Below are positions 12,328 through 24,313 of a DNA stretch of 64,000 nucleotides, one piece after another (within the stretch, counting starts at the first letter, position 1; the number at the start of each line of letters is the position of its first letter). Both the position numbers and the translations under genes were made by a program. This DNA comes from Gekko japonicus (Eukaryota). The notes under the pieces were generated by a model. That model made no database searches and was not told the origin of the DNA. It saw nothing but the letters and a program-made list of their open reading frames with translations. The stretch lies in the NCBI RefSeq assembly GCF_001447785.1, contig NW_015167060.1, positions 274,041-338,040 of the forward strand, in the 5' to 3' direction.

Positions 12328-15300
12328 CTAAAGAGAACAAAAAGAAAAAGCACTCAGGAAGGGAGACATTTATAGTACATGCTTGGCAGCAAATGACCTA
12401 AGGCACCCTCAAACCATAAGAAACTAGAGAGCCATAGTGATGAGGTTCAAGGCTGACCCTCACTGACACAGTTAAGAGTTTAGATATCATGCCGGAGTCG
12501 TAATTATCGCTAAGGAAGCAAGATAAATCAGCTGCAAAAAATTATTTCCTCCCCCTTTAAGGCTCCCTACCTTAACTTGGCCAACCTGGCCATTTGAATC
12601 CATGCCACGCTAATCTCGACTAATGTAATGCATTCTACATTGGTCTGCCCTTAAAGTCAACTGAGAAACACCAGCTGGTACAGCTCAGTTATTATTGGGA
12701 GCCATGTGGAGTATGCATATTACAACTATTCTGCAGGCACTCCTTTGGCTGCCAGTCAGTTACCGGATTCAAGCCAGTGTTATTGTTATTACATAGACAG
12801 CCCTTCATGGGCTTGGACCTTATATCTCCAGAACCACATCTCCTGCCATGCTCTGTCACAGCAGCTTTTCACACCTGAGCAAAACCTTCTAAAGGTGCCA
12901 TTCTACAAATAGGTATAAACAACAGTGGTCTGCACCCAAGTTCTTTCTGCTGTGGCCCCTGCCTTGTGATGTGAAACAACTTGTATTGTTCCCTAGAGTG
13001 TGTAAAACCAAAAACCAGAAGCACATTTTTATAAAGAAAATAGGCTTTAGTATAAGGGAATAGTTTAGGAGGGCACTTTTATAAAGGGAGTTTGACTGTA
13101 GTCTATTGCACTTTTTATTGCATTTATTTGTTCTGCTGCCTTGTCTTCTGCTTTAGTAATCCATTCTCATAAGAACATAAGAGAAGCCAATGTTGGATCA
13201 GGCCAATGGCCCATCCAGTCCAACACTCTGTCACACAGTGGCCATAGTTTATAGTATGCAACGTCTTAGACTGGGTTTTTTTAAATCTGTACTCTAATTT
13301 TGTAATTAGTGAGAAAGGCGGACTATAAAGTAAATAAATGAAGTAAATAAATTAACAAATCTACATCATAGGATTAAGTTAAAAAAGCAATGTACTACAC
13401 ACACACAATATATCGGAACACAAATTCCGTTAGAAGGTTAATTGAATTCAGTAAGACACATTAATGGAAAGTATATTTAGGATTGCAGCCGCTGCCCTGG
13501 ACTGCAGAGAGCAATGCCTAGCAGAAGACAGCTACATTTTCACCTGTCTTTCAATCCAAGCATTGAGCACTAATCCAGGAGAGTTCATCCAGACTATTTA
13601 GCACTCACTGAAGAGACAGGGGGATGCTTCCTTGTACTGATGGGTGATTTCCAAAATGATTCAGAATATGAAAAGATTATAGAACTCACCTTTGGGTGAC
13701 TTGAGGAAGCTAACACTGGGTTCAATCTTTGTCCAGTCAATATTCTCTTCTTCTGGTGGATGTTCCACCATCAGCTGGAACAACTTCATTGAGATGATGT
13801 CATGATTGTCTAGAAAACAAAAAGTCAAGTTGCAGTTAAATGTTTGTCTTGTCCTTCCGTTCTGAGTCTGAAGCCTGGGCCTATAGGTGGGCAGGAGATC
13901 AGCCAGCACAGAAGAAAGACCTCCTTGACCACTGGAAGCCTCCCCTCCCTTTCCTGTTTAGTTTGTTTATTCTTTTTGTGTACTCCATGAGGAGTTGCTA
14001 TAAGTCAGCTACAGCTTGATGGCACTTGTTTATTAATTATTGTTAACTGCATTGGGTCCACACTGGGGAGAAGAGTGGTATGTAAATATGCTAACAAATA
14101 AATGTGTGTGTGTGGGGGGGGGGGTTGCCATCAAGATGCGGCTGACATGGCACCCACATGGGGTTTTCAAGGCAAGAGATGAGCAGAGGTGGTTTGCCAT
14201 TGCCTGCCTCCATGTAGCAACCCTGGACATCTTTGGTGGTCTTCCATCCAAGTACTAATCAAGGATGACCCTGCCTGGCTTCTAAGTTCTGATGAGATCA
14301 GGCTAGCCTGGGCCATCTAGGTCAGGGCTGCTTACTATAGTCTATTTCAGGGGTCCCCAACATGGCATCCATGGTGTCCACCGACACCTTTATAAAGGCC
14401 CCTGGTGGGTAACCAGGACAGTGAGTGGTGCCAGACTGGGCTTTTGCCCACCAGGGCTTTCACTGGCTTGTGTAGATTTTTAAAAATATTGCTTTAGCAC
14501 CAGCTGCCACCACAGCACAAGAATCTTCACTGTGTGACTTAAGGTAAACTGTGTGTATGCAAGAAAATATTTAAAAACAGTATGCTCTTTTTAAAAGGCA
14601 TCTTGTTAAACAGAGCTTCCGCTTGAAATATTGAATACTTTGTTTCATGCCTTCCATCTACATTGAATACATTGTTTCATGCCTTCCATCTACATTGGAT
14701 AGTCATCAGTTTGCATATAAGGCAAACAGATCCACGGAGGATGCCCTCACTACCACTCTCCATACTACTCTGTCACATCTGGAGCAGGCGGGGAGTTATG
14801 TGAGGCTGTTGTTTGTGGATTTTAGTTCTGCCTTTAATACCATCCTCCCATATAGATTAGTGTCCAAATTGGAGGGCCTTGGACTCTCCAGCTCCATATG
14901 CCTCTGGATTTTGAACTTCTTGACGGCACGCCCTCAGAGGGTTAGGGTAGGGTCCTACATGTCCACAGCCCTTATCCTTAATACCGGTTCTCCACAAGGC
15001 TGTGTGTTGAGCCCCTTGCTCTATACCCTCTATACGCAGGACTATACCTCTACCCACCCCAGTAACACCATCATTACGAAGTTGTTATTACAGCCCAGAA
15101 GATCATTGGCTGCCCTCTCCCATTCCTGGAGGAATTGTATATTTCTCAATGTTTGAAAAAAGCAAAGAACATTTTGCAGGACTTGTCACATCCTGAACAT
15201 TCCCTGTTTGAACTGCTGCCTTCGGGCAGAAGATATAGGACAATTAAAGCAAGGACAAATAGATTACAAAATAATTTTTATTTGAGAGCTATTATTGCCT

Positions 15301-18300
15301 TAAATGCTGTATGAAATTGGAATTTGGGTGACATTGGTGGTTTTAAGTTGTTATGTGAACCTTAAGGGAGTTATGGGACAGTAGTGAATGGTGTGTGAGT
15401 GTATATGAATATTGTTGTAGATCACCGAAATGACTGCGTCTTTAATTTCGTTGTACTATGTACAATGACAATAAAGTATATTATTATTATTATTACTTAC
15501 TATTAGAATTATGCATAACCTCATTTCCTGACATTTATGGTTGGCTCCATCTCCTGCAGCAGGCATTTTGTGGTTGCATCTACCACCCTGTGTCAGAATT
15601 CCGAAGGTGCCTGCAGATTCAAAAAGGCTGGGTACCCCTGCTCTATTTCATCTCCTTAACAACATTCAAGACTATTGTAATAGTCTTGAATGCTGTTAAG
15701 GAGATGAAATAGAGCAGGGGTACCCAGCCTTTTTGAATCTGCAGGCACCTTCGGAGATTACCCTTGAAGACAACTTAGAAACTTCAGCTGGTGCGACGTA
15801 CCACAGCTTCATTAGTATCAGAAGCTAGGCAAAGCAATCATATTGCACACATTGTTCAACAGTTCCATTGTTTACTGATCAGTTTCCAAGTTTAATTCAA
15901 GGTGCTGGTTATTACCTACAAAGTCCTTCAACAGCATTGGACCCACATGTCTGCAGTACCATGTCTCCTGATATGCTTCACTGAGGCAGCACCATCCATC
16001 CAAGCAGAACCTTCTGAAGGTTCCATTCTTCAAGCAGGTAAAATCAGTGGCTGCCCATTCTCAAGTGTTCTCAGTAGTGGCTCCCACCTGGGGGAATAGT
16101 TTACCCAATGAGAGCAGAAAGGCTCCATATTGTTATTTCACACATAGTGTAAAACAGAGCTATTTAAGGAGGTATTTCTATAAAGGAGGGATGCTATTAT
16201 TTTAATGTCCGCTGAAAGCCCATTAATGGCTTTTAAAACTGTTTTTTAGTTTTTGCAAATCTACCTTGAGTCTTGATGAGAAAAGCAGGCTAATCCTAAT
16301 AAATAAAGTTATCTCCCTAATCACATAAGAAAGACCCATTTAAAGGATTTCAGTAATTCAAATAGCTGGTTTAAGATGCTCTGATGTTCCATTCAGTTTA
16401 ACAATTTGGACCTGTGGAGAAATGCATTTTTCTTTGAGGGTTTGAATGAAGCAAAACCTTTACCTTAGAGGTTTCTCTCTCTCTCTCTTGCCAGAGTTCA
16501 ATTGCTCACCAGCCTTACCCACCAAGCCTTTAAAAATGCAAATGATAGGCCTGGCCTGATCTGGCCAGTTGGAGGCGAAGCAAAACCTTTACCTTAGAGG
16601 TTTCCCTCTCTCGCTTGCCAGAGTTCAATTGCTCACCAGCCTCACCTACCAAGCCTTTAAAAATGCAAATGGTAGGCCTGGCCTGATCTGGCCAGTTGGA
16701 GGGAAAAGAGAGATGGTAAGATTCATGAGCAGGAGAAGGAGGGTCTTTTTTGTGCCAATTCCATCAAGGCAGACAGAGCTCTCATCTGAGTTCTGCTGGA
16801 GATGGCAATTGTCACATGCAGGACTGCAGGTCTAAGCAGAAGCTGCAAGGCAATAGAAACCCTTTAGAACTGCTGTAAGGTTTTAAGCTAAAGAGCCTGC
16901 CTTAGATTAACATCCACCAGGGTATGTAAACAGAGAGGGAATGCGTTTTACACTCTTATTTTGAATCCCTTACTCAGTTTCTTGCTGTGCAGAGTATGCA
17001 TGTGGACATGTTCTTTTTAATAAATGCTTTGTAACTTTTAATACTGGCAGCAGTTCTCTGTACCACACAGAGCTCCATTATTCTGGGTATGTTGTTTTGA
17101 AAGGGGCTCCTGGAAAAAGTGGAGGGGCAGTGAGTGGGCAACTGGCTACTCCCACAGTGGTGCACAAGGCAGTACGCTGTCCCTATAGTAACCAGACCCG
17201 GGGGGGGGGGGGCAGCGGGAGACAGCAGTGCAGGGAAAGGAAGCTGGGAGCCCTGGTCCCCTCAGCAGGCAATTCCTACAAAGGCCAGTTGGTGGCAGTG
17301 GTTGAACCACAAGAGGCAGAGAAAAGCCAGGTAGGTCTGGGGTGTCGAACTCATTTATTACAAGGGCCAGATCTGACATAAATATTACTTAGTCAGGCTG
17401 GGCCATGTGTGCCATATAAATGTAATGTCAGGTATTATGTTTTATTTTATTTTTTATCCTGCCCTACCCTGCAAACAGGCTCAGGGAGAGTTACAACACA
17501 CAAGATACTGGACAAAAAATAAAACAATTTAAGACCCTGAAGACAACTATTTCAAAAGTCCAACTGAATCACAAGTTGGCAATTTCAAAAACTTGTGGTG
17601 TCTGAGTAGACAGAAGTATGAAAGGTCCAGGTTCTCAGAATGGTAGGACCACTGCCGTCGGACCCAGAGGCCTGCTTAAGCAGGAGGGGCCAGATTAGTT
17701 GGACATCTGCCACCTCAACCAAAGGCCTGGCAGAATAGCTCCATTTTACAGGCCCTGCAGAACTGTAAGAGATCCTTGCAGGGCCCTGAGCTCCATTGGG
17801 AACTCATTCTACCAGGCTGGGGCCAGGGCCAAGAAGGTCCTGGTCGAGGTGAGGCAGATGTCTTTTGGGCTGGGGATTTCCAGCAGATGGTGGTCTACAG
17901 AGTGTAGAGCTCTTAGGGCACATATGGGGAGAGGCAGTACCGGAGATATAAACTTTATACATGACACAGGCAAACCCAATTAATGGTCTTATTTTTACTC
18001 AAAATACAAGCAAAAGCAATTGATTCCTAGTAGTGACAGCAATTCAATTACTGGCTGGAGCCCACAAAAGCCCCATTAAATGTATTTAATCATATGCAAC
18101 TAGGCTTTTTCAAGGGATACCATAAAACGAGGGTGTATCTTACATTTTCATACAAATTACTTATTTTTTGTATACAGACCTTTTAGGAGAGTCATCTTCC
18201 TTGTTAGTAAATAAGGTAGTTTTTTAGCACACCCCCCAATAAATCCAGCCTCGACAGCCAAGAATGGCTATGTTCTGTCTCTTGCTCTTTGTCTCCCCTC

Positions 18301-21300
18301 TTCCCCCATCCTACCTCTTGAGGAGGCACACCAGACTTCCACCTCTACCACCCCATCCCCACCAACAACCCTGAGGTGGTCCAGGCTGAGCGGCTGGCCA
18401 AGAGTGACCCAGACAACAGGTTCCCAGCTCTGGAGGGGGGGGGGGTCTGAACCTGGCTCATCCAGATCCCCCCACCCCCAGTTCTCATCCCTCCTACATT
18501 TCCCAAAGAAGCAGTGGAGCTGAGGGGAAGGCCTGACAGAGAGGCTGTTTCCAAAATCTCCAAGGGATGTTTTTTGTCATCCCGTGACACCTTTTTCTTC
18601 ATGGGCTGAGAAGAGGTAGGGAGGAGAAGGGAGGTCACCATCCCTCCCCCCCCCCCCCCAGACACAGGAGCAGCTACAGGGACACCCACATCAGCAGGTA
18701 AGCAGAAGTTTTGGCCCCATATTACCGTCATGGTTGAAACCATTATCATTTTCATCATGCTCTTTCATCTTCCTTCTTTTTTCAGAAACCACCACACCAG
18801 CTGGAGAGCATTCAGGTATGAAGCCTTTTCCAATATATCCATGGTGTCTACTCCTTGGACAGTCTTCAAAAATGTTCTGGATCTCTGGAAGTATAGAAGG
18901 ATGAATGGGTGGACGAATTGAGGGAAAACGCTAGCTTGAAGGATGAATCGCTGGATGGATTACAGATGAATAGATAGGTAGACTGATGCCCCATCGAAAA
19001 GGCTCTCACAGTTAGCTTAGGTTCCAGAGAGCTGTTCAAGAAGTTGGAGAACTCATGATTGAGGCCACAAGCTCATGAAATATCACCACGGGAGGAGAAT
19101 TGCTGATTCCCTGATTCTCTTCCCACTTCATCAGCAGTGGCCATCAGCTTCTATGAACTTGTATCAGATGGAAAACTGCACAGCTCAGATGCATAAATTC
19201 CCAGGGTGTCCAACTGGATGGAGGACATATTGGAACTCTCATGCCTATCAGACATATCTTCCTCTTCTGCCACTCTGTGCTCCCACTCTCACCATCTCCG
19301 CTCACAGTCACTGTTTTGTGCAGCAGTGACAGTGCTGGCCACTCAGCGACACCTCCCCATGTGGTGGGTTCACCAATCCTCTCTGAGCTGTGGTTGGAAG
19401 AGGTGGGAGGGGGGAAACACCATGCCTCCTCTTTCTCCACTTTTGCTGCCATCCCCCCCCCACTATTTTACCTCAACCTCTTAGCCCTGCCCCCTAGCCA
19501 TTTCCTTTCTGTTTCTTGACAGCTTTGACCATGCACATCTCACCACATGCACCCACTCCCCTCCCCCCAAGCAGCCTCCTGCCTTCTCTCCCTCATACCA
19601 GTTGCTTGAGGGCCAGATAAGAGCCCTGGATGGGCCAGTTCTGATCCCTGGGCTGTATGTGTGACACCCCAGAGCAGGTGGTACCTTGGACTGCCGCTGG
19701 TGCCCAGACACCTCAGAGGGCAGGGTGGAATGAGGCATGCTGGTCAGAGTGCAGCTGTTCCACCGCAACACCACAGAACACTTTATCCAAACCCCCACAT
19801 CCAGACAATGTAGCCTATTGTACTTCAGTAGCAAAAAAACCCCTCTCACCAGATAGATCTCCTGTACCCGCAGAAGCCCCAAAAAAGTAGCCAGTGGGCA
19901 GCCGGACTCCTGCAACATCAAAGCAGTTTTTCCATTCGTTTTTGTCTTCCACATCAGTCATCACCTGCAAAGTAAGTGTAATCCTGGATGTGAGCATCAA
20001 TCAAGTTTTTGCCCTCAGCCACCTAAAAAAAGGTCAACACACCTCAAAACAAAATGGATCAAGTCAACTATATTGTATAAGCTAGAAGTCGTAGAAATTT
20101 ACCACCACTCCACTTTCCAAACCTCAGTGATTACGAAAGTTGTAATAATGATTCAGCTTGTTCATGCACACTCATTGTGAAACTCCATATGCATACAGCT
20201 AAAGGAACTCATGAACATAAAAGTCAACTTACTGTCAGGCGTCCCCGGGAATAGCGCACAGCCAAAAACGTGTCATGGTTCTGATTACGAAGATCAGCCG
20301 TGCAGCCTGCCAACTCTGTCCAGCGGCCGTCTTTACTATGATCATAGGACAGGGATCCATTGTTTACCATGGCAGAGATATATGGGAATACACGCTGCAT
20401 AAGAAAGAAAACGTATAGCTTTACCATGATGCATGTATGTGGCTCTTATCCTAAATGTTTCAGAAACCTACATATAGACGCTCATGCATGCACACTTTTA
20501 TGTTCCTACTAGCTAAGACCAGAACTGAGATTTAGCTTACAAGTAGAAATAGCTCTCAGGGCAGGTTGTTAGAACTACTCACTTCAGTTGCCTCATCATT
20601 TGGATATGTGTCCAGGAAAATAGCCAACCCATGGAAGTTATCTTTGCTGCCAAAGATAGGACCTAAGGAACAAAGGCAGAATAAGGTAAAAAAAGAACTT
20701 GCATTATTGTATCATGAGACAGCCAGATTTACCTAACTAATGGGCAGAACACTTAAGATCACATCTTTGTTATCTGTCTACATTATAGGTTGACAACCTG
20801 CAGGCTGGACACAGTCTGTGAAGTTAATCCATTTAACCCAGCTATACATGCAAGGCAAGTATGGTCCTCTACCCTCCTGTCTGCTTACTACTGGGGTACG
20901 CCACTGTGGAGCCAGTTGCCTCCACACAGGACAACACAGGCACTTCCCGGAAAATGGGAGGCCCACTAGAATGGTCACAACTATTGGAATTCACATGAAT
21001 TTTGGGGAAAACTGTGTGCCTGCCTGTCCAGCTTTACAGCGGAATTAAGGGGCAGCCAATACCTGTCATTTTGCAAGCGGGGTGGTAGAGGAGCGGGCCT
21101 TACCTGGGTGAATTATAAACCCCATTCCACTCCAATTCTGATGCCTTTCAGGGCCTCTACAAAATACTCAGTTATCATTCCAGCCTGCACCAATATTGCC
21201 CCATGATTGTCTGGTCCATTACTGGTCAACAACAGTAGCTGACCCTGGGTCCACAGAGAGCATTTTATCATCTAACTTAGCCACCCAGTTAAAAGCACTT

Positions 21301-23446
21301 GGATATTGTCATCTTTTAAAGAAAGAACATCTCATATTTTCAAACATACAGAGTAAATAACTGATGTGAAGAATACTCTGTCCAGCTTTTGAAACAACAA
21401 CTCTTGTAGAGAGGTCTGCTACAGGAAAGAGTTGGTATCATTTAATAAATACGTATTTAGAGTTCAGCTGTGAATGTATTAAGTGACCTTGGAAACAAGT
21501 TATTATGACAACCTCTATTTTACCAACAAAAAGAGAACATCAATAACCAATCTCAAAGGAGTTTTTGTTAGAACGAAGGAAATAAAAATAAAGAATTCAT
21601 ATGCTACATTTTCTCTAGCAGTGACTGATATGCACCATGGATAAAAATAGTCAAACAACTGACAAGCAAGTTCTGAATACTTTAGAAATGTGTTTTCCAA
21701 AAAGAGATACAGCAAGCATCAAAGCGACACGCCTCCCAGGCAAAAATTGCGTGTTTCGAAAGAGTCTTCTTCAGGCAAAATTATTTTTCCTGGAACCAAA
21801 GCTCACAGTACTACAATGCACAAGTCAACAATTCTATAGAGGGCTTCTCTTAGAAACGTGGGCAACACTTTCTATCCAAGGTTCTTAATAACTTTCTGCA
21901 AATGCCTACCATCTAAGCTGTACTAGTTCAGAATGTAAATGCGGACTCATGGAAAACTCTTATATATAAACATTCTTTCCACATTTAAAAAAACACAAAC
22001 ATCTGGGAAAAGGCTTAAGTCACTATGTTATCGTGGTTTCAGCAAAGTACCTGGAGTAAGGCGCTCCCGGGTGTACCACAGAGCAAATCCATCCCCATGT
22101 AGATTCTTTTTTCCTGCTCCATGGATCTTAAACTGGACATGGAGCTCCCAATCCTTCAGGAAGCAGGGCTGAAAGACAAAATATAGCAATCCTTGGAGAA
22201 GGTGTCACAAAACTCTTTAAATGGAAGACTCACCCATTTTAGTAACTGTAAACAATTCCCCCACAGTAGAACACTTCCACCATTTCCTTCCACAAAGCGA
22301 CTACACTCACCACTCGGTTCCAGATAGAACCCTCCTTGCTGCGTTCATCAGGAGTCAGTCGAATGTACTGGCTAGTAAGCATCGTGCTCCCTTGAAAATC
22401 CCAGAGAGGCATTGAACTGGAGCCAACCCCTAAAACACAGAGGATACTAGTGATCTCATACTTTCAAAAGGGAAATATTAATTCATCATTAGAACCACAC
22501 AGATAACCAAGCTTCTCAGGTACTATTCAGCAGAAGTAAATCCAGTCTCTCTCTCTTAAATCTATTATAAGCTTCATGGGAATTTGGAACCCACCAGTTT
22601 ATAACAAGTTATTTTACTGAGCAACCCAGACTTTCTTCTGACTCTAAGCAGCTCTGAATCTATTTCTGTCTATTGGATACAAAACGAGCCTTAGGTCCTG
22701 ACATGCTTAGGGGGAAGAAAGGCACACAAATATTTTAAGTAAATAATAAAAATTAGAGCCTCTCCTCTTATTACTTTTTTACTAGCACTCATTTGATCAA
22801 TACTGAATTTTCGTATTCACAGCACAGTCTGCCATTACCACCATCTTCTTTCCACAAAGCCAAGGATTCCTGCTACCAGCACTGCCCTGCATGACTCTCC
22901 ATACAGGAGCAGGCAAACAGCCTCTCAAGATAAATCCATCACCACCTCACTTTAAAGCCTGATGAAGAATTCTGGAGAACACAAGACTGCACACTGTCCT
23001 GTGTCATTTTGGTCGGTCTTGGAAAGGATTTTATTTTCTAGAACAGACTATCCTAGAGATTTTAAGGGACCTTTCTTACTATGTTTTGAACTTGTTAGAC
23101 GTCCTTAGGAAGGAGTGTGTGCAGGACGGACGGCAAGTGTCCTCCATGGCCCTTTGGTTTTCCTCCCTACTTCCTAAAAGGACAGTGCCAACTCTTCCTT
23201 CTGGCTCAAAATAGACTGAACTTTAAGAAGAAACGCGAAGTAGGTCAAGAGAAGGGAGGGGGGGATCACCAGAGTCAGCGCCTGCCCACCGCACGCACCC
23301 TGGTAGGGCTTGATAAGCGAATGCTCCCGTTTCAGATGCTCGCTATTCCCGTCTGTGAGCTCTGCGGCTCCTGGTGGCGCGGACAAGGCCAGGAAGAGGT
23401 GAAGAAGGAGCAGGAGCGACAACCGCGGCGGCGGTAACAGCACCAT
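12167..23446 (-). CDS. LMAN2: Vesicular integral-membrane protein VIP36, complete 8-exon CDS, 340 aa
   Basis: Exons 23299-23446, 22311-22429, 22051-22168, 20583-20662, 20233-20394, 19850-19964, 13690-13809, 12167-12327; sum 1023 nt, phases consistent; L-type lectin domain, TM, KRFY tail. Confidence 0.97.
13690..13809 (-). CDS. LMAN2: LMAN2 exon 7
   Basis: DNHDIISMKLFQLMVEHPPEEENIDWTKIEPSVSFLKSPK. Confidence 0.95.
14102..14328 (-). mobile_element. 5S rRNA-derived SINE
   Basis: GGTCTTCCATCCAAGTACTAATCAAGG...GAGATCAGGCTAGCC resembles antisense 5S; same tail as the 4763 copy. Confidence 0.75.
14348..15640. mobile_element. hAT-like MITE split by a Rex1 insertion
   Basis: Ends CAGGGGTCCCCAAC / GCTGGGTACCCCTG; TSD GTCTATTT / CTCTATTT. 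Confidence 0.6.
14630..15495 (+). mobile_element. Rex1/Babar non-LTR retrotransposon, 5'-truncated with internal deletion
   Basis: QFAYKANRSTEDA...VRLLFVDFSSAFNTI...NTGSPQGCVLSPLLYTLYT; C-terminal HSLFELLPSGRRYR; ends TGACAATAAAG + (TAT)n. Confidence 0.85.
15600..15755. repeat. Near-perfect 156-bp palindrome
   Basis: 77-bp arms, 2-nt loop (GT at 15677-15678), one mismatch. Confidence 0.92.
15757..16310 (+). mobile_element. Decayed L2-type LINE 3' fragment
   Basis: FKVLVITYK-like peptide and similarity to the L2 fragment at 29850. Confidence 0.5.
16448..16702. repeat. ~129-bp tandem duplication in LMAN2 intron 6
   Basis: Units start GAAGCAAAACCTTTACC at 16448 and 16577. Confidence 0.88.
19850..19964 (-). 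CDS. LMAN2: LMAN2 exon 6
   Basis: VMTDVEDKNEWKNCFDVAGVRLPTGYFFGASAGTGDLS. Confidence 0.95.
20233..20394 (-). CDS. LMAN2: LMAN2 exon 5
   Basis: RVFPYISAMVNNGSLSYDHSKDGRWTELAGCTADLRNQNHDTFLAVRYSRGRLT. Confidence 0.95.
20583..20662 (-). CDS. LMAN2: LMAN2 exon 4
   Basis: GPIFGSKDNFHGLAIFLDTYPNDEATE. Confidence 0.95.
22051..22168 (-). CDS. LMAN2: LMAN2 exon 3
   Basis: PCFLKDWELHVQFKIHGAGKKNLHGDGFALWYTRERLTP. Confidence 0.95.
22311..22429 (-). CDS. LMAN2: LMAN2 exon 2
   Basis: GVGSSSMPLWDFQGSTMLTSQYIRLTPDERSKEGSIWNRV. Confidence 0.95.
23299..23446 (-). CDS. LMAN2: LMAN2 exon 1
   Basis: MVLLPPPRLSLLLLLHLFLALSAPPGAAELTDGNSEHLKREHSLIKPYQ. Confidence 0.92.
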
Positions 23447-23528
23447 CCTGGCCGCTGGACTCCGCGCAGATCTACCACCACCTCCCGCACCCGCTACCAC
23501 CCTGCTCCCTCCTGCCCCGCTTCTTCCT

Positions 23529-23556
23529 ACTTCCGGTTAGCCCTTGACCCGGATGT
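23529..23556. promoter_or_regulatory. LMAN2 promoter ETS (GABP/ELK-type) sites
   Basis: ACTTCCGG at 23529-23536 and CCGGATGT at 23549-23556 just upstream of exon 1 in a CpG-rich region. Confidence 0.55.
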
Positions 23557-24245
23557 AAACTTCGAGCAAACTGAAACCAGATACGTAAGAAAGCTGTTCT
23601 TTTTGTCTGATCTCTATGACCGAAATCTCGCCTCTGACGCTACAGAGCTAGGATAAGACTGAAATGACAACACTCCTCTGATTCCCGGCACCGTGGAGAG
23701 CTCTGCAAATCTTTTGTAAGAGAGGAGTAAAACGTGTCTGCAGGCAAGTGGCTGACTGGGACAGGATTTCTATAAACCACTGAGCCCCAGCTGCAGCTCT
23801 GCCATTGCAGTGCTCAGGGCGGGAGGAAACAGCGAGGGTGTTATAAAGCTGATTCTGCGTCCCCGTCTTTCAGCTCCCCTCAGTCTGCAGTATTAAGGAT
23901 ATTAGCTTCGTTTACAGCCTGCCTCAGCTACCCTCGTATTTAAAATACAAAAAAATTACTGCACAGTTCATGTCTTCTACCCTAAAGAAGGAAGCATGAA
24001 CAGAAGTCTTCTCCTTTGGGGGCGGAAGAATACGGTGGACCTAACTCGCGGCCACGATAAAGTTTCGGATTTCTGTCTGCGATAAGCACCTTTTGTTGTT
24101 AGCACAATGACAGAGAGTCAGGGTTTCAAAAATAACCAGGAAAAGTCGATCTACACACAAAATAACTAGTACAACTACTTTCCGATGTTTCTATGCTAGC
24201 GATAGGTGAAATTTAAACGAAGTCCAGGGCACAGGCTCAGTAAAG

Positions 24246-24313
24246 CCAATCAGGACGAGGTATGTCATTCATCTTGTCCAATAACAGGAGAATTCGTCGG
24301 GCGAAAATTTCAA
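24246..24313 (+). promoter_or_regulatory. Orphan promoter-like module: two CCAAT boxes plus CDE/CHR-like element
   Basis: CCAAT at 24246 and 24278 (32-bp spacing) followed by GGGCG-AAAA-TTTCAA at 24299-24313. Confidence 0.45.
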
